Source: a phage
Length of the DNA: 64,000 bases
Sequence record: PV805638.1
Direction: 5' to 3' (one strand)
The position numbers and the translations under genes are program-made. Below the pieces are notes generated by a model. The model was not told the origin of the DNA. It worked only from the letters and a program-made list of their open reading frames with translations, and made no database searches. This document shows positions 60,168 through 64,000 of this stretch, in pieces. Every line of letters starts with the position of its first letter. The stretch's first letter is position 1.

Positions 60168-62702
60168 TCAGAACACATAATCCAGTTGCGTAAGCTGCTT
60201 CAACTGAATCTGCACGGTACTATCCAGAGTTACTGCCGGAACAGTTAAGCCAGAAACACCGATTGCAAAGTCCGCAATGAACCCGGTAGTAGGATTCTTT
60301 ACTATATCCGCCCCAGTACCCCCAGAACCTGTACTTGCAAACTGAGTCTGCTTAGTACCATAAGCATTCCCTGTACCCGCAATAACTAGTTGCCATACAC
60401 CCCTGCCGAGCGTACCTGGAATACTCAAGCTACCTGAACCAGCAGCCCGAAATATCTTGGTATTCTCATAGAACATACACTCTTGCAACGTGCAGGTACT
60501 TCTCTGCCCGGTACTCACAACCTGATTACCCCGGAAGCTAAAGTTAGTCTGGTCATTCAGAACGAAGTCACACAGCTTAGCCTCTTGCACCCGCACGTTC
60601 ATATCCAGAGTGTTGGCATGAGCAATCAGGGACTTAGGAATACCTTGCACCTTATATCCAACAGCACGATAACTTAAATCCAGAGAGTTGTACTGCTTCA
60701 CGGAGTTGCCAATCAGCTTAACCGTCTGTCCCCGATATACCTGGGATGCGCTAGCCCCAGCGTTAACTATAATAGCCTCGGTTGTGTTATTGACAGTCTG
60801 ACACTTAAGTACAACCGTATTGTGACTGATATCGATATCCTGGTACACCTGGTATGAGCTATCCCCTGCTCCGGTCGATATAGCTACCCCATCAAAAGCT
60901 CTAAGCTCGCAATAGTTGTTGTGAATCTTAACAAAGGGGTTCGGATACGTCGCTGCCGTAGCCTCCCCGCCGCCACCTACATCGATGCTGCGAGTATACT
61001 TTCCACCTATAAGCAGTCCGGAAGTAGCACTAGCAGGAATATCTCTGGAGCGCACATAGTTGTTGCTAACGATGAGGTTGTATGGTTCGTAGTTTGGATT
61101 CCAACCTGCCCCACATTTAGCATATATACCAACTACGCCGTGCTCAAGGCACATGTTCTCCGTGATGATTACCTGCCCACCACCGTGGAAGTCAATACAC
61201 TTACGACGACAGTTCTTAATCTGGTTTTTAGCAACAACTACGTTCCTGATTCTTCGGTTACGCGCATGCGAAATACCGTACCCAGGGTCGTAGCTATCGT
61301 TCAGAACATCATCACCATAAGGGTGTCCAATATTCTGGATATCGTTGGACTCATAGTTTAGTCTGTAGCCGGACAGTACGTAGATACCTGCACTGTAGCA
61401 ATCCTTGATGGTACAGCCCATAACCATAACACCGTCAGGTACATCCGTGTCATTCGTATAATCCGTGCTGCCGTAGGTAGTCGCAATGTTACGGATGCCG
61501 ATACCAATGCCACCAAAGTTAAAACCGGATACGTGCGAGTTCAGAATAAGGATGCCACGGCAGCCGCGTTGCACCTTGATACCATTAGCCCAGCTTCCGA
61601 TGTAACCGCCAAGGAAAGTCCCCCAGGTACTGCGCCACCCATCCAACTGATTACCCGCGTCATCATAGTTAGGGAACTGTCCAGCTACACCAGCATAAGC
61701 ACCAGACGTGTACGCACTGGAGTCAACGGAGTTATTAGGACCTGTAAACAGTGCTGTATCGTATCCGAAACGAGCCTCACCTTTCTCTGCATAACCAGTA
61801 GGCACATCTATAGCAGGGAACTTGTTAGGGCCACGCACAGTCAGCGATACAGTCACGTTCCGGCAATTTACAAGGGCAAGTCCGTCCAGCCCATGCGTAT
61901 TCACAATTATAGTGCCGTTGGAGATACGAATACCTTCCTTATTTACCAGTGCCAGACACGGACTGTAGTTACGTGTACCGTCGCTGAAGTCAGGCTCAGT
62001 AGGGTACGTAGAAGCCAATGCAGGATTTTTTCGAACTAAATATGTCTTTCCTCCTAAATCAATATCTCCAGTGGCGGCGTCGAAACATGCCTGCACTGCC
62101 AACGTATCGTCGGCAACGCCATCGCCAACCGCCCCCCATCCACGTGGATCGCCATTATCACGCCAGCGAGCCATTTGTAGTTCGGGGTATTTTGTTGCAC
62201 CTTCAGGGTCTGAAATCTGTCCTCGTAGCACCACATCCCCAACACTCACCCAAGCACCCAGACCAACACCACCAGAAGTTTTAGGGGTTGAGTCGGCAGG
62301 AACTACTTTAGGCAATACACCATCCCATCGATACTTACCATCGGTAAAGACAACCAGTTCATTCTTGGTATTAACTGTTACACCAGTATCAAATGAACCA
62401 GGTAAGGTTACATACTCTTCACGAGCAACAGCAAGTGCACCTAAGTCCACACTACCAGCAGAGTGTACTAATACCCCAGATGGACTAAGACTTGCAGCAG
62501 TAACCCCTGAACCAATGTCAGCAGGTAAGGAATAAGCACGCTGTGTCTCCTTGTCGTAGATGACTTTGTAACCACTTAGTACAGCACCCACTGAGAAGTA
62601 AACAACCTCAGATTGCTTAACTCCAAAGTGACGGGCTACTGCTTGTTTATTGGTTAAGATTCCAGTTGAACCTTTACCACCTTGAGAGAACATTTCGTTC
62701 AT
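60168..62702 (-). CDS. tailspike with pectate-lyase-like right-handed beta-helix (putative polysaccharide depolymerase)
   Basis: 844 aa; GAVGDGVADDTLAVQACFDAA resembles the pectate_lyase_3 N-cap motif; repeated G/N/I-rich beta-helix rungs. Confidence 0.65.
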   Translation of the reverse strand: MNEMFSQGGKGSTGILTNKQAVARHFGVKQSEVVYFSVGAVLSGYKVIYDKETQRAYSLPADIGSGVTAASLSPSGVLVHSAGSVDLGALAVAREEYVTLPGSFDTGVTVNTKNELVVFTDGKYRWDGVLPKVVPADSTPKTSGGVGLGAWVSVGDVVLRGQISDPEGATKYPELQMARWRDNGDPRGWGAVGDGVADDTLAVQACFDAATGDIDLGGKTYLVRKNPALASTYPTEPDFSDGTRNYSPCLALVNKEGIRISNGTIIVNTHGLDGLALVNCRNVTVSLTVRGPNKFPAIDVPTGYAEKGEARFGYDTALFTGPNNSVDSSAYTSGAYAGVAGQFPNYDDAGNQLDGWRSTWGTFLGGYIGSWANGIKVQRGCRGILILNSHVSGFNFGGIGIGIRNIATTYGSTDYTNDTDVPDGVMVMGCTIKDCYSAGIYVLSGYRLNYESNDIQNIGHPYGDDVLNDSYDPGYGISHARNRRIRNVVVAKNQIKNCRRKCIDFHGGGQVIITENMCLEHGVVGIYAKCGAGWNPNYEPYNLIVSNNYVRSRDIPASATSGLLIGGKYTRSIDVGGGGEATAATYPNPFVKIHNNYCELRAFDGVAISTGAGDSSYQVYQDIDISHNTVVLKCQTVNNTTEAIIVNAGASASQVYRGQTVKLIGNSVKQYNSLDLSYRAVGYKVQGIPKSLIAHANTLDMNVRVQEAKLCDFVLNDQTNFSFRGNQVVSTGQRSTCTLQECMFYENTKIFRAAGSGSLSIPGTLGRGVWQLVIAGTGNAYGTKQTQFASTGSGGTGADIVKNPTTGFIADFAIGVSGLTVPAVTLDSTVQIQLKQLTQLDYVF

Positions 62703-62751
62703 ATAAACCTCATTGTTTTTCTAGGTAAGCCCCCAACTACGGGGGCTTTGA

Positions 62752-64000
62752 TTAAAGCAGTGTGTATTCCACTGTAGATGGAAGGGGGACACCTACTGCT
62801 ACAGGTCTGTTTACTGTAATTACACCAGCAGAGCAAGAAGCAGTATCGTTTGCAGTAGCTGGGTCAACTACCCATGAGCGAACTCTATACGACTTAGTTG
62901 TGTCTGCATTAGGTATAGTTAATGTTCCAGAAGTGGCCCCAATAGCAACAGGAACACTTACTACCCCATTGGTAGCAGGTGTGCCTCTATTAGAACGATA
63001 GTAATTATAAGAATTGGAAGGCTTCAATATTTCCTCAATACCAGTTAATCCGGAATTTTGCACTACAACATCACTAGAACCAGTTAGGTACAACGGATTT
63101 GCCAAAGTACATGAATCAATAACAATACCCCCACCAGTATGGTTAAAAATTGCTATACCCGACCACCCACCGACAAACGTAGACTGGCCGATGTATACAG
63201 GCCCAACATGTTGGCCAGCAATGTTAATACCAATGTTATTATTGAGAGGGTTGGCATTATGCAAATTACAGTGCAAACCAGTAATCGATTTCTGTTGTTG
63301 GATTTGGTTAGCGTTTAAAGAGACTGCAAAAAATTGCTCTGTGGACTCACCATCGCCAGCTATCCATGAATCTGACAGGTTAAATCCACCGTTAACGTTA
63401 ATAATAGCCACGGCATTCTTTCGAATGTAATCCAAATCCAGATTACTCATCTGCAAGTCCAGGCAGTCATCAACATAGATGCCATAATCTACGGAAATAC
63501 ACATAGTTTCCCCATCAATAACGATGGCTTCACTACGAGATCCTGAACTCTGGTCAGGACTCCACGCATACACCCTAGGCTGGATGCGAATGCCAAACGT
63601 GTTACCCAATGTAGAATAATGATCACGGCGGAAATGGCATCCCGTGATATTGATAGAAACGTTTTGCCCCCATAGATGTAACCCCATACGGCAGCTACTA
63701 GTAGTGCAGTTACGCAACGTAGAATGCCACAACCCCTGTAGTTGCATTCCTATTTCAAACACCTCAGCACAAACACCCTGGATATCGAAACCGTAAATTT
63801 GCTGTTCTGCCTCGGCAGTGGATTCAATATCTGTACCAATCCCTATGCCAGTGCCATTCCCCTGCAAGCGGAAATTGTATAAATAACGGCCAGATATCCC
63901 GCCTCCATGCATCAAAACTAACAGACCTTTACCGAGATCAGTGTAGGTTTTAAGACACGAGTTAATACCCTCGCCTCTTAGATTAACAAATGGCTTGAGC
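62752..64000 (-). CDS. second beta-helix tail fibre/tailspike, 5'-truncated by window edge
   Basis: Frame stays open with no stop from 63915 to 64000 on the - strand; Asn/Gly/Ile-rich repeats. Confidence 0.55.
   Translation of the reverse strand, partial: LKPFVNLRGEGINSCLKTYTDLGKGLLVLMHGGGISGRYLYNFRLQGNGTGIGIGTDIESTAEAEQQIYGFDIQGVCAEVFEIGMQLQGLWHSTLRNCTTSSCRMGLHLWGQNVSINITGCHFRRDHYSTLGNTFGIRIQPRVYAWSPDQSSGSRSEAIVIDGETMCISVDYGIYVDDCLDLQMSNLDLDYIRKNAVAIINVNGGFNLSDSWIAGDGESTEQFFAVSLNANQIQQQKSITGLHCNLHNANPLNNNIGINIAGQHVGPVYIGQSTFVGGWSGIAIFNHTGGGIVIDSCTLANPLYLTGSSDVVVQNSGLTGIEEILKPSNSYNYYRSNRGTPATNGVVSVPVAIGATSGTLTIPNADTTKSYRVRSWVVDPATANDTASCSAGVITVNRPVAVGVPLPSTVEYTLL

Noticed and set aside
60483-62535. 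+ strand ORFs (up to 168 aa) inside the tailspike gene
   Set aside because: Antisense shadow ORFs within a long - strand ORF
1-64000. CRISPR arrays, integrase/att sites, large direct or inverted repeats
   Set aside because: No spaced direct repeats, no recombinase-like ORF and no long repeats seen by eye; gene content is that of a strictly lytic phage

Overview
This window reads as most of an N4-like (Schitoviridae) lytic podophage genome, called by reading the six-frame ORF track and the sequence by eye; no database searches or folding were run. Left of about 33.2 kb every gene is on the + strand: many small early ORFs with translationally coupled ATGA/GTGA/TAATG junctions, a two-subunit T7-like RNA polymerase II, an rIIA/rIIB pair, nucleotide-metabolism genes and a replication module. 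Right of about 35 kb every gene is on the - strand: a 3759-aa virion RNA polymerase, structural genes, a lysis cassette and two beta-helix tailspikes, the second open past the window edge. The two blocks are separated by a 1.2-kb ORF-free region of strong hairpins and three tRNA T-arm-like motifs. Most notable: the RNAP2 gene is split by an ~0.8-kb insertion carrying an HNH endonuclease (putative group I intron); three identical-core 5-bp-stem/3-nt-loop hairpins (GCTCCGC) precede early genes as expected for vRNAP promoters; the Dda-like helicase is split across two frames; and the early region carries DUF2493/SLOG and DUF4326 genes and an Ig-like protein.
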